A DNA stretch of 64,000 nucleotides, taken from the IMG/VR virus record IMGVR_UViG_3300009716_000731, positions 1 through 64,000 of that record. One strand, written 5' to 3'. The notes beneath the pieces were generated by a model. The model saw only the letters and a list, made by a program, of their open reading frames with translations, was not told where the DNA came from and ran no database searches. Made by a program: the position numbers and the translations under genes. Of this stretch, positions 1 through 9,094 are shown piece after piece. The DNA is from a virus. Its lineage: Duplodnaviria > Caudoviricetes. Within the stretch, counting starts at the first letter, position 1. Each line of letters opens with the position of its first letter.

Positions 1-32
1 CAAATATAGTAAATAATTTTAATATATACAAT

Positions 33-578
33 ATGTTATATATTAAAACTTATGAAGAGTTAACATTTGAACCAAAGTCTGTAGAGTGGCAAAAAGAAAA
101 AACAAGTTGGGGTTATCAATATTCATTTGAGATTGATGAAAGACCTATGAGTGTTACTTTTGACCAAGTATTAGAAGAAAGGTTTCCAAGTATGTATGAA
201 AGAGAGTTTAAGTCTGGATATAATTTTGACTTACTTGCGATTGGTGCTAATAAAGTTTTATCCATAGTTACGGCCGCTACTTATGATTTTCTAAAAGAGC
301 ATAGTCCTGAATGTGTGATTATACATCATATCAACGTTGATAGAGAAAAAACATCGGTTGAGAAACTTAACAAAAGAGCAAAAGGAAGTTTTAATTTCTT
401 AAAGGATATTAAAAAGTATTGTCCTGAGTATAATCTCAAATACTTTGGTCAAAAATATATTAACTCTAATGGCTCTATTGTAACTATTTGCTTTATCTAC
501 AAAAATAGTTTTGATCCTTATAAAGTTATTGAACATTTTGATAGAGGACAAGGAAAATATACAGAGATTAATCCATGA
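33..578 (+). CDS. hypothetical protein with N-terminal MxYIKTYEE tag
   Basis: 181 aa ORF; TAATATATA at 20-28 just upstream; N-terminus matches the recurring tag family. Confidence 0.8.
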   Translation: MLYIKTYEELTFEPKSVEWQKEKTSWGYQYSFEIDERPMSVTFDQVLEERFPSMYEREFKSGYNFDLLAIGANKVLSIVTAATYDFLKEHSPECVIIHHINVDREKTSVEKLNKRAKGSFNFLKDIKKYCPEYNLKYFGQKYINSNGSIVTICFIYKNSFDPYKVIEHFDRGQGKYTEINP

Positions 579-1981
579 AAAGAATAAATAATTTTAGCAA
601 ATATAATCTAATAGCTGAGTCTATAATTTACTTTAGTGATGATTTTAATTCCATATTAAATTCGATTAGAGATGAAGCTAATTATGATAGAGAATATGAT
701 GTTGCTGACTTGGCTGCTTTTTTGCAACATGTTTGTGGTAAAGATTCTAACTTATCACAAAACTATGTAAATGTTGCTGATAATGGTTTGGTAAAATATA
801 TAATGGATAATAGAATTAACTATGATGATGTTCAAGTTGACTATGATTATATGTTTGATATAAAACATATTCAAGGTTATCTACCAATGTCAAAGAGTAA
901 GAGTTTATTGGGATTAGACTATATTAAACAAGATGATATTCAAAAATATAAAAACTCTTTTAAGTTGCTGGAAACATTAGAAGGTTGGGAACATTATATT
1001 TTTCTACTGCAGTTAAATGAAGAAGGTAATAAGAATGAGGCAAAAAGTTATCCAATGACAAGAGCAAGAGATATAAAGTATGAAGAAAAGAAAAAGCATA
1101 TACTTTTACATAAAAGAATTGAGAGTGTTAATCAAAAACCTTTTACTCCAAAATTACCTAAAAATTTTAGTGAAGTTCGATTAGGAAGATTTATCAATAA
1201 AACTATGCAAGAATTTGGATATAATAGATTTAATAATTCAACCATTGAAAAATTTGTCAATTATTATAAGTCTATATTTATATTTAATCGTGATGCTCAC
1301 AAAAACTTTCATATTGTTTCAGGAGAAGATATTAAATACTACTACAATGAAGATACTTACGAAACTAAAAAAGGTCATTTAGGCGCTTCTTGTATGAGAG
1401 GTAAGCATTGTCAAAGTTATCTTAGTATTTATACTGATAATCCAGATGTTTGTAAAATGTTAGTTTTAACTGGAGATAAAAAAGACTCTGGTAAGTTAGG
1501 TAAAAAGATAATAGGTAGAGCCCTTTTATGGACTTTAACTGATGGTAGTTTATATATGGACAGAATCTATACTAATAATGATGCTGCTATTAAAATTTTT
1601 AAGAAATGGGCTAAAGATAATAATTACCAAGATTATACCTTTGATAACCCTGATCTTTTATCAGTCAAGATTAAAGCTAAAGATTATGGTAATTATCCCT
1701 ATATGGATACATTTGGGTATTATTTAATAAAGAAAGGTATCTTAACAAATCATTCTGAATTTACTGACTTTTTAGACATTCCTAATGTTAAACCGGAAGC
1801 ATCTTTTGGTAGAAAGACACTTAATTTTATTAAGTCGTTTGGTTCTAACTTACCTTTTTCTTCTGCAATGAGGAAAAGAAATCCTGAAGTACTTCGATTA
1901 AAAAGTACCTCAGGAAGAGGAAGTAATACCGAATGGATTTTAGATGCAAGATCCTCGCAAGGTTGGAGAAGATCAAATTAG
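575..1981 (+). CDS. SCM/GRALLW/MDRIY family phage protein (paralogue 1, no Cys-rich tail)
   Basis: Motifs GRF..IEKFVNYYK, LGASCM, IYTDNP, IIGRALLW, YMDRIY, YPYMDTF shared with 42813, 55134 and 56501. Confidence 0.8.
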   Translation: MKRINNFSKYNLIAESIIYFSDDFNSILNSIRDEANYDREYDVADLAAFLQHVCGKDSNLSQNYVNVADNGLVKYIMDNRINYDDVQVDYDYMFDIKHIQGYLPMSKSKSLLGLDYIKQDDIQKYKNSFKLLETLEGWEHYIFLLQLNEEGNKNEAKSYPMTRARDIKYEEKKKHILLHKRIESVNQKPFTPKLPKNFSEVRLGRFINKTMQEFGYNRFNNSTIEKFVNYYKSIFIFNRDAHKNFHIVSGEDIKYYYNEDTYETKKGHLGASCMRGKHCQSYLSIYTDNPDVCKMLVLTGDKKDSGKLGKKIIGRALLWTLTDGSLYMDRIYTNNDAAIKIFKKWAKDNNYQDYTFDNPDLLSVKIKAKDYGNYPYMDTFGYYLIKKGILTNHSEFTDFLDIPNVKPEASFGRKTLNFIKSFGSNLPFSSAMRKRNPEVLRLKSTSGRGSNTEWILDARSSQGWRRSN

Positions 1982-2793
1982 CAATAAATAAAGCAACTAC
2001 CATTCCAAACACCACCACGTTCATTTACTGCTGGATTAAATAAATCTTCAAGAGCCATAACAATTTTTTGTAAATCACCTTTGTAAAATCCTGCGCAGTT
2101 GATACAATTTATTTCAACAATTTTCCAACCATCTGGTGTTAAACAAATATCCATTACAAAAGCTTTTGCTACTTGATATATATCAGACATTTTTTGAGCA
2201 AACTCTAATCCTTCCGGATCAACATTTTCAGACCAAACAACATTCTCGTTGAATTTATACCAAGAAGAAGTAATAACTTTACCACCAATAATCCAAACTC
2301 TTGCTTCTTTGTAAATCTTAATTGGTTCTGCAACTTGTATATTTACAGGTGGTATCACTCCTAAGTATTTTTCTTTAACTCTTTCTATTGTATCTTCCCA
2401 TTTGATTTGTGTAAATACTCCACCATTAAAAACTTTAGAGTCTTTACTTGGTCGAATAAACTTAGTTTTACCATCAAAGAAAATAGGATCAGATATATCT
2501 TGTAATTTACTCTTATAATTTAGTAAGTTTTCTTTGTAGTGATCTTTATAGATAGTAAAGTCGTGGTTACCACCATAGAAAGATCCAGGTTTCCAATCCA
2601 TATTAGTTGCTAATCTAGCAGCTCTAACAGAACCAAAAACAAATATGTCTTTACGTTTAACCATGAGATCGCTAAGCTCACCTTTCTCGTTAATTTTAAC
2701 GATTTCATAAGGTAGCTTTAATTTGGTTAAAGTCTCAAAAATTTTATTATAGTTTTCTTCTCGGAAAACATTTTCTTGTACTACGTAAAACAT
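1978..2793 (-). CDS. ATP-grasp domain protein (R2K-like)
   Basis: FIRPSKDSKVFNG, EARVWII, FVMDI...IVEINCINCAGFY are typical of phage ATP-grasp proteins. Confidence 0.7.
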   Translation of the reverse strand: MFYVVQENVFREENYNKIFETLTKLKLPYEIVKINEKGELSDLMVKRKDIFVFGSVRAARLATNMDWKPGSFYGGNHDFTIYKDHYKENLLNYKSKLQDISDPIFFDGKTKFIRPSKDSKVFNGGVFTQIKWEDTIERVKEKYLGVIPPVNIQVAEPIKIYKEARVWIIGGKVITSSWYKFNENVVWSENVDPEGLEFAQKMSDIYQVAKAFVMDICLTPDGWKIVEINCINCAGFYKGDLQKIVMALEDLFNPAVNERGGVWNGSCFIYC

Positions 2794-2879
2794 TATATAT
2801 AAATTTTATATAAAAATAAAAATAATATTTAAAACTTCCTATTTTTATTTCAAATCTATTTTTATTTTAGTTATTTTAG

Positions 2880-3135
2880 AAGAGAAATCAGGTAGTATAT
2901 CAATTAGTAATGCTTTATAATAAATCACAAGATAAAATATCTGATTTTTTACAGAAGGTACTTCTGGTCTTTCTAAATTTTTTATCTAAAATAGAAACTT
3001 TTAGTTTTGAATTTTGTTACCACTTTTTATCCAATCTATTTTGCAGTTTGCTGAACTGATTTCATTCTGTTTCTTGTTTTTTCATCATAAAATTCTTACA
3101 TAAGTAGAAACATTTCTCTACATATTGAGATTATT
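2880..3135 (-). pseudogene. degenerate partial duplicate of the genes at 3888-4328 and 4373-4570
   Basis: 3061-3133 aligns by eye with 4435-4506 (shared AGAAACATTTCTCTACATATTGAGATTAT); 2932-2975 aligns with 4010-4066 (ATAAAATATCTGATTTTTT...TCTGGTCT); frameshifts and stops present. Confidence 0.7.
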
Positions 3136-3141
3136 AAAAAC

Positions 3142-3891
3142 TTATTCTAACAAATCTATTTTTTCTTGATTCATAAAGTCTGGATCTCTAGAATCAATAC
3201 CTAAATCTATAAAAGCTTCTAATTTATCAATATCAATTTTAGACCACCATTTATGTATTGGATTATCAAAACAATATAAAGATATACACGATGGAGTAAA
3301 CTCAAGATTAACTAATTGATTATTATTACAATCAAAATAACCACCAACTGATTTAGGAGATCCTTCTAATGTGGTTAATTGATTATTTGAACAATCAAAA
3401 GAACCAACTGATTGTGGAGCACCTTCTAATGTGATTAATTGATTATTATCACAATAAAAACCATCTCCAACTAATTTAGGAGCTCCTTTCAAACTTGTTA
3501 ATTTATTATTATCACAATAAAAATTACCACCGACTGATTGCAGAGCCCCTTCCAATGTAGTTAATTTATTATATGAACAATCAAAATTACAACCAACTGA
3601 TTTAGGAACTCCTTCTAATGTGGTTAACTTATTATCTGAACAATAAAAACTACTACCAACCGATTTAGGAGCACCTTCTAATGTGGTTAATTTATTATAT
3701 GTACAATCAAAAGAACCAGCAATATTTTTAAATTTTAGTGGTAATTTAGTTAATTTTTTATTTTTTAAATTAACATTTCCATCAACATCAATAGAGCCAT
3801 CTTCATTAATGGTATAGTTATTTATACCATACTTTTGACATATAGATTCTATATTTTCTATGCTTTCATTAAACTTTCTTAAATATATCAT
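3142..3891 (-). CDS. leucine-rich-repeat-like protein (NxLTTLEGAPxSVGGxFxC repeats) with N-terminal tag
   Basis: About seven tandem 21-22 aa repeats; starts MIYLRKFNES. Confidence 0.85.
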   Translation of the reverse strand: MIYLRKFNESIENIESICQKYGINNYTINEDGSIDVDGNVNLKNKKLTKLPLKFKNIAGSFDCTYNKLTTLEGAPKSVGSSFYCSDNKLTTLEGVPKSVGCNFDCSYNKLTTLEGALQSVGGNFYCDNNKLTSLKGAPKLVGDGFYCDNNQLITLEGAPQSVGSFDCSNNQLTTLEGSPKSVGGYFDCNNNQLVNLEFTPSCISLYCFDNPIHKWWSKIDIDKLEAFIDLGIDSRDPDFMNQEKIDLLE

Positions 3892-4328
3892 AATATTTTT
3901 TTTGCTTTTATTTCAAGTCTAATTGTTTGTATCTTAAATGTAAGTGAAGTATCTTGCTCTTTTAATAATTCTTTTATTGTAAATCTTATACCATATGCTG
4001 GTGTTATAAATAAAATATCTGATTTTTTTATAGAGGGCACTTTTGAATCTCTCTCTGGTCTATCTACTTCATAGTATTCAGTAAGTTCTCTCAGAAAGTT
4101 AGGAAAGTACATCTTTACATCATTCCAATAAAAACACTTCATATTTAATTCTGAAATAGCAACTCTAACTGCGTAATAATTATCTCTTTCTATAATTAGT
4201 GTGTCTATCTAAAATCCTTCATCAATAAGGTAAGCTAGTCGATTACTAACAAACTCATAAACTTCTGCTTCTAATGATTCTACTTCTTCGTAAGAATTTA
4301 CACTTTCAAATAATCTTAAATATTTCAT
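3888..4328 (-). CDS. N-tagged hypothetical protein interrupted by one in-frame TAG (readthrough candidate or pseudogene)
   Basis: MKYLRLFESV...LAYLIDEGF-TAG(4209-4211)-IDTLII... continues in frame into ORF 3888..4142; TAATATATA upstream; resembles 5558..5932 (LEDEGFDIEV). Confidence 0.7.
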
Positions 4329-4372
4329 AAGGTATATATTATATATTATATACCTAATTCATCTAATTTTCT

Positions 4373-4570
4373 TTATCTTATGTTCATTTTTATAGTAGGA
4401 TCATTATTTATAATTTGTTGAGCTTTTGATTTCATTTCATTTCTCGTCTTTTCATCATCAAATTCCCACATATAAGTTAGAAACATTTCTCTACATATTG
4501 AGATTATATGTTCATCCGATTCACCATATTTTTCCACACTACTAACTACATCATTTATTACTTCTATCAT
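4373..4570 (-). CDS. hypothetical protein; TAA falls inside the C-terminal tag (IR*RKLDELGI)
   Basis: 65 aa ORF; the frame continues RKLDELGI to a second stop at 4346. Confidence 0.6.
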   Translation of the reverse strand: MIEVINDVVSSVEKYGESDEHIISICREMFLTYMWEFDDEKTRNEMKSKAQQIINNDPTIKMNIR

Positions 4571-4845
4571 AACCTTTTAATCCTCCATTCTAAATATTTT
4601 TTGACCTCTTCATGTTGTTTAAGGAAATCTAAGGTATAGTAATACAACCCCATATCTTTTTCAGATATGAATCTGTGTATTTGGCGGTGACAATCAGACT
4701 TACATATCCAAATTCCATTAGATTTCATATAATCTTTTTTATATAATTTTCCAAATTTTTTAGATGAATGAAGTGTTTTTGGTATAAGGTGATGGAAGTT
4801 TAATTCTGAGTAATCACATCCGCATAATTCACATTTATCTTGCAT
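4567..4845 (-). CDS. small HNH-like protein
   Basis: CELC...HHLIPK...CKSDCHRQIH pattern. Confidence 0.7.
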   Translation of the reverse strand: MQDKCELCGCDYSELNFHHLIPKTLHSSKKFGKLYKKDYMKSNGIWICKSDCHRQIHRFISEKDMGLYYYTLDFLKQHEEVKKYLEWRIKRL

Positions 4846-4943
4846 AATAATTTTATTTTATAAATAATAAAAGTTTTTTACAAAAATAGCGATTTTCGTA
4901 AAAAAACGCGTATATATAGGATAAAAATAAGACCTAAATTTAT

Positions 4944-5072
4944 ATGAAAGATTTATTCATCAAATGGTTTGGTTGGGAATGTTATTGTGAATGGTTTCAC
5001 TATGTTCGCACTGATAAAAACGATTCAACTATGTGGTATTGTGATGAATGTAAAAAATCGAGAAAAAAATAA
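4944..5072 (+). CDS. 42 aa Cys/Trp-rich microprotein (possible zinc ribbon)
   Basis: Manual translation MKDLFIKWFGWECYCEWFHYVRTDKNDSTMWYCDECKKSRKK*; fills the intergenic gap; TATATATA upstream. Confidence 0.5.
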   Translation: MKDLFIKWFGWECYCEWFHYVRTDKNDSTMWYCDECKKSRKK

Positions 5073-5122
5073 TTGTTCAACTAATATAATTTTTATTATA
5101 TAAATTCCATAAATTTGTATTT

Positions 5123-5572
5123 ATGGATGAACAATTAAAACAAATCGTAGATTATTTAATTGACTCGACTGAGTCAGGAGAAATCATTTGGTCTTATTGT
5201 AATGGACACGTAGGTAATAGAGAAAATACTTATTACTTAGAGACTACGTTAGAAGATGCCGAAGCTAGAGTAACTATGCCTATACATCTTGATAATTCTG
5301 GTAATTTAGATAGAAAGCAATGTATTATTATTCATCATAAAGAGATAAGTGGTGGATATGAAGTTTATTCTTCAAATCAAGCAAAGAATATTGCTCAGTT
5401 AGAACAAGCTGTATTTGATAAGTCTCAACATATATTTTTAGCTAATAAAGTTTCTAGTCCGTTAGGTATTATTTTGGATAAGATTAGTAAGCAATATAAG
5501 CGTGATAAGAAAATTGAATCTTTATTAGAATCGACAGAACCTGAGAAAAAGAAGTTTTTAGGTATTTTTTAA
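5123..5572 (+). CDS. hypothetical protein with C-terminal RDKKIESLL tag
   Basis: 149 aa ORF; TAAATTTG promoter-like motif near 5110. Confidence 0.75.
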   Translation: MDEQLKQIVDYLIDSTESGEIIWSYCNGHVGNRENTYYLETTLEDAEARVTMPIHLDNSGNLDRKQCIIIHHKEISGGYEVYSSNQAKNIAQLEQAVFDKSQHIFLANKVSSPLGIILDKISKQYKRDKKIESLLESTEPEKKKFLGIF

Positions 5573-5932
5573 TTTTCCTAATTTGCACCTCATATAAAAT
5601 AATGATTTACAGGTTGTGTCTTTACTTATTGTAAAATAACCATATAATATTGGATCATATACTTTGTTATCTATAACATAATTTATTTTAACATCTTCGT
5701 AGTTTCTTCTAAGATAGTCAGCTATTGTTTTAACATAAACATCAATATCAAGAACGTCAAATGGTTCTCCTTTGCTGATTTTTATTCTTAGAACTGGGTG
5801 TAAGCTTTCTTTGACTTTTGCTACTTCTATATCAAAACCTTCATCTTCTAACCAAATACATCTTGATCTGATTTCATAACCTAAGCTGTCCAATTCCTGA
5901 TTAGAAAACTCTTCAAATAGTTTTATTCTCAT
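5558..5932 (-). CDS. N-tagged hypothetical protein
   Basis: Starts MRIKLFEEF. Confidence 0.75.
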   Translation of the reverse strand: MRIKLFEEFSNQELDSLGYEIRSRCIWLEDEGFDIEVAKVKESLHPVLRIKISKGEPFDVLDIDVYVKTIADYLRRNYEDVKINYVIDNKVYDPILYGYFTISKDTTCKSLFYMRCKLGKLKNT

Positions 5933-5945
5933 ATTGATTATATAT

Positions 5946-5975
5946 AAAAAAGACCACCTAAAAAGTGGTCTTTTT
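5946..5975. terminator. intrinsic terminator
   Basis: AAAAAAGACCAC-ctaaaaa-GTGGTCTTTTT. Confidence 0.7.
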
Positions 5976-5976
5976 C

Positions 5977-6207
5977 TTAATTTGCTAACATTTGATATAA
6001 ATTATCTTTATGTTGTAAAAGTTTTATTTTTAATTGGTTTAATACCTCGTCAGATGTATTCTCTGCACCAGTTTTTATTCTGTGAACCTCATGTTCTATT
6101 TTGTGATATTCGTCAAATAGTTTTCTAAAATGTGCATTTTCGATTTTCATTTTATGAATTTTCTCAGAAAATTCTGGGAACTCATTCAATAAGCTATGTT
6201 TTTCCAT
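5977..6207 (-). CDS. YdcH/DUF465 family protein
   Basis: HSLLNEFPEF..KIHKMK.ENAHFRKLFDEY...LK...L..KDNLY..L pattern. Confidence 0.75.
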   Translation of the reverse strand: MEKHSLLNEFPEFSEKIHKMKIENAHFRKLFDEYHKIEHEVHRIKTGAENTSDEVLNQLKIKLLQHKDNLYQMLAN

Positions 6208-6288
6208 AATAAATTAGTTTTTTATTCAATATTTATAGACTAAAAAGTAATTTTGTTTTTTAATATATAATAAAAAATATTTTTTGAT

Positions 6289-6510
6289 ATGAAATATATT
6301 AAAACATTTGAAAGCTTTAGCTTTAACGAGTCTAATCAAGATATTTACGATCACTTAGATAAAAATATTGATCCTAATAGTTTTACATCTTTCTCACAAT
6401 ATCATGATGCTTGTATTGAAGCTTGTGGTAAAAATGAAGTTCCTAAAGATCTTGCTGAATATTGCAAAGATTGTTGGGAGGATAGGAATGCAGAAGAAGT
6501 AGAAATATGA
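6289..6510 (+). CDS. N-tagged hypothetical protein
   Basis: MKYIKTFESF; TAATATATA at 6261. Confidence 0.75.
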   Translation: MKYIKTFESFSFNESNQDIYDHLDKNIDPNSFTSFSQYHDACIEACGKNEVPKDLAEYCKDCWEDRNAEEVEI

Positions 6511-6746
6511 AAAATATAATTTCATTTTCTTTGTTTGAGTCTCACGCAACACTTAAGCCAGGTGCTTCCGTTGAATTTAGACATCCTAATTACCATAAAT
6601 TACATCACGGTGAAATTGTTGAATTGGATGATAGATTAGTTGTTATTAAAGATGAAGCTTCTTCAGCACCATTAACGTTTGCAGATAAAGATGGCGAGTT
6701 GGTTACTATTAGAAGATCAGATTTAGGACCAATGTATGAAAACTAA
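6507..6746 (+). CDS. N-tagged hypothetical protein (possible SH3-like barrel)
   Basis: MKNIISFSLFES; start overlaps the upstream stop (ATGA). Confidence 0.7.
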   Translation: MKNIISFSLFESHATLKPGASVEFRHPNYHKLHHGEIVELDDRLVVIKDEASSAPLTFADKDGELVTIRRSDLGPMYEN

Positions 6747-6785
6747 ATAATAATTATTTAATATAATATTATTAAATAATTTTTT

Positions 6786-6998
6786 ATGTTAGTAAGAAGT
6801 CAAGTTACAGCAGATGGTATAACAACCGGTAGATTCTATGAGGTTAAATGTTTTACTAAAGATGGAAATCATGTATTAATTATAAATAATAGATTTCAGA
6901 TGGTAGCTTATCCTACTTCTTACTTTGGAATACTTTCCAAAAAAGAAAGATTTGTGAAAATGATTCGTGAAAAAACGTTTCCTATAAATAATATATAA
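6786..6998 (+). CDS. hypothetical protein
   Basis: 70 aa ORF in a co-oriented run. Confidence 0.6.
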   Translation: MLVRSQVTADGITTGRFYEVKCFTKDGNHVLIINNRFQMVAYPTSYFGILSKKERFVKMIREKTFPINNI

Positions 6999-7002
6999 TT
7001 TC

Positions 7003-7821
7003 ATGAAATATATTAAGTTATTTAATGAAGAATTAAATCCTTCTACGTATGTAAATGCTGCTGTTAAATTAAAGGGTTATAACCACTATGACAGGGCACA
7101 TAATTTAGAGAATTGGGCTTTAGAGCTTAAATCTAGAGAACATAATAAAAAAGTTAAAGATCTTAGAGATAAATTATCAGAAAGAGGAACTTTTGATTGT
7201 TCTATACATTCTAATATAGATGAAATTTTTACTGGAAAATTTTACATAGATTTTGATGTTGATGAATATTCTTTTATTGATAACGCATCATATGTATTTA
7301 TTGGTAAACATTATAATCGTGGTGAAAAGATTGATTCTATATTAAATGATGAAGATGTTAAGTATAGATATGAACATAATGTTGGTATTCCTATTTGGGT
7401 AGGATTTATGCCAGTTGATGATGAAACCCTAAAAGGAGTTGAAGGTTTGAATTTAGGCGATAATCTTTATATAAATTCATATGGTGTTATTTATTCAATG
7501 TCAATTGACTTAGGTTTAACATCAACGGATAGAAATGCTAATAAAGATTGGAATACTTATTTTAATCCAGAACAATCATATTTAGGATTTGAATCTCAAG
7601 ATTACTATGATATTTTATTCTCAGATAGAAGAAATGCTATTAAGTTTAAGAGATTATTTATTGATATGATAACTAAAAAATCAGAGTTATCTGATGCAAT
7701 AAAAAAAGCATTAGATAAAGCTTATGAATCAGATCGTGATTTATTTCCAAAAGATGCGTATGAAAGAATAGCAAATTCTATTTCAGCAAGATTTTCTATT
7801 AATAAGTTTTATAGAGATTAA
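7003..7821 (+). CDS. N-tagged hypothetical protein
   Basis: MKYIKLFNEE; TAATATATA upstream; internal RGEKIDSIL resembles the C-terminal tag. Confidence 0.8.
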   Translation: MKYIKLFNEELNPSTYVNAAVKLKGYNHYDRAHNLENWALELKSREHNKKVKDLRDKLSERGTFDCSIHSNIDEIFTGKFYIDFDVDEYSFIDNASYVFIGKHYNRGEKIDSILNDEDVKYRYEHNVGIPIWVGFMPVDDETLKGVEGLNLGDNLYINSYGVIYSMSIDLGLTSTDRNANKDWNTYFNPEQSYLGFESQDYYDILFSDRRNAIKFKRLFIDMITKKSELSDAIKKALDKAYESDRDLFPKDAYERIANSISARFSINKFYRD

Positions 7822-7858
7822 TTTTTTTATTATCTTTGTATATTAAACTATTAAATAT

Positions 7859-7897
7859 ATGAAGAAATTAATATTACTATTGTTATTATTTTGTGTA
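7859..7897 (+). pseudogene. signal-peptide-like gene start truncated by an insertion
   Basis: TATCTTTG at 7831, then MKKLILLLLLFCV runs into GC-richer non-coding sequence. Confidence 0.45.
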
Positions 7898-8060
7898 AGC
7901 CGAATTTCCAGACCAAAACCAATCAGCATCTATTGCAGTTGACGGATGTGAAACTTTTCGCACGGTAACTGACTTTCATACTCAACCCTTGTTAGATAAG
8001 CACCTGACCACTCTCTACTTAAATAATTAGTAGCATTTTCAAGACAAGACATAATAGTAT
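7895..8060 (-). ncRNA. putative structured RNA or non-autonomous IS end (possible orphan TnpB-type omega/reRNA)
   Basis: Visibly GC-richer non-coding block with internal complementarity (CTACT/AGTAG, CAGTT/AACTG, AGTCAG/CTGATT); abrupt boundary at GGCTTAC. Confidence 0.35.
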
Positions 8061-8061
8061 G

Positions 8062-8105
8062 ACATTTTTCATAGAAAAAGGAAACATTTTTCATAGAAAA
8101 AGGAA
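8062..8105. repeat. perfect 22-bp tandem duplication
   Basis: ACATTTTTCATAGAAAAAGGAA x2. Confidence 0.9.
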
Positions 8106-8172
8106 ATAAAGTTCTTCCTTAATAAAAATGAGAATAAAATAATAATATATAATAAAAAAATACTATTAAAAG

Positions 8173-8523
8173 ATGGCACTTAAAAAATTTAACCAATTCT
8201 TAAACGAGAATTTAGAAGATTCAGAAGATATGGCTCCAGAAAAACCAACAGGACCTGTAACATTATATAGACTAACATCTCACTCAGTTGTAGATCTTAA
8301 CGATCCAGGTGAGTTTTATGTAGATAATTTAGAAGCTGTTGATCCTTCTCTTTTAGAAAAACCAGGTCAAGATTTATTTTTATTGACCGTTACTACTGAT
8401 TCATCTAACATTGATGAAGAAGGTTCTAAAGCAGAAGCAGAAAAATTAGGTAATGAATCTATCATTATGGTTAAAGACTCTGCATTATGTGAAGTTGAAA
8501 AAGTTGAGCCTTATAAAAAATAA
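8173..8523 (+). CDS. N-tagged acidic hypothetical protein
   Basis: MALKKFNQFLNEN; TAATATATA upstream. Confidence 0.8.
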   Translation: MALKKFNQFLNENLEDSEDMAPEKPTGPVTLYRLTSHSVVDLNDPGEFYVDNLEAVDPSLLEKPGQDLFLLTVTTDSSNIDEEGSKAEAEKLGNESIIMVKDSALCEVEKVEPYKK

Positions 8524-8532
8524 TAAATTATA

Positions 8533-8763
8533 ATGAAACATTTACGAAAATTTAATGAGTCTGATTCTAACTATGAAAGACTTAGACCTAAAGTAAAACA
8601 TCTTATTCAATACTTATCGGAGTTAGATCCTGAAATGAATGTTTATTTAGATAAAGATGGATGGCAGGGTTATGGTGATACAGAATTAGATATAGTAAAA
8701 ACTAGTGGATTATTTGATGTATTTACACACGGTGATAAATCTACTCTTATCATCAATAATTAA
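8533..8763 (+). CDS. N-tagged hypothetical protein
   Basis: MKHLRKFNES. Confidence 0.75.
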   Translation: MKHLRKFNESDSNYERLRPKVKHLIQYLSELDPEMNVYLDKDGWQGYGDTELDIVKTSGLFDVFTHGDKSTLIINN

Positions 8764-8778
8764 AAATAATTAATACAA

Positions 8779-9033
8779 ATGAAACATATAAAAAGTTTTA
8801 ATGAAGGAATTTTTGACAAAGCACCAACTGATGTTCGTGATTTATTCTTTGAGTTTGAGAGATCTAGAAAAAAACATATAAATGAGGTTGAAGAGATATA
8901 TAATAAAGCTTTAGAAACAAAAGATGAAAGATATATTCAAGAATTAAGATCATATATATCTATGTTGAAAAAAGTTCCTGCTAATCTTATGAAGATAGAT
9001 AATGAATACATCGGTAAAATAGACGTTGACTAA
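8779..9033 (+). CDS. N-tagged hypothetical protein
   Basis: MKHIKSFNEG. Confidence 0.75.
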   Translation: MKHIKSFNEGIFDKAPTDVRDLFFEFERSRKKHINEVEEIYNKALETKDERYIQELRSYISMLKKVPANLMKIDNEYIGKIDVD

Positions 9034-9094
9034 AACTTTCCATAAAAATTAAATAAAATAATAGATAGGATTTACTCCTATCTTTTTTTATGTT

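Noticed and set aside
8062-8105. CRISPR array
   Set aside because: Only two adjacent copies, no spacer and no cas genes
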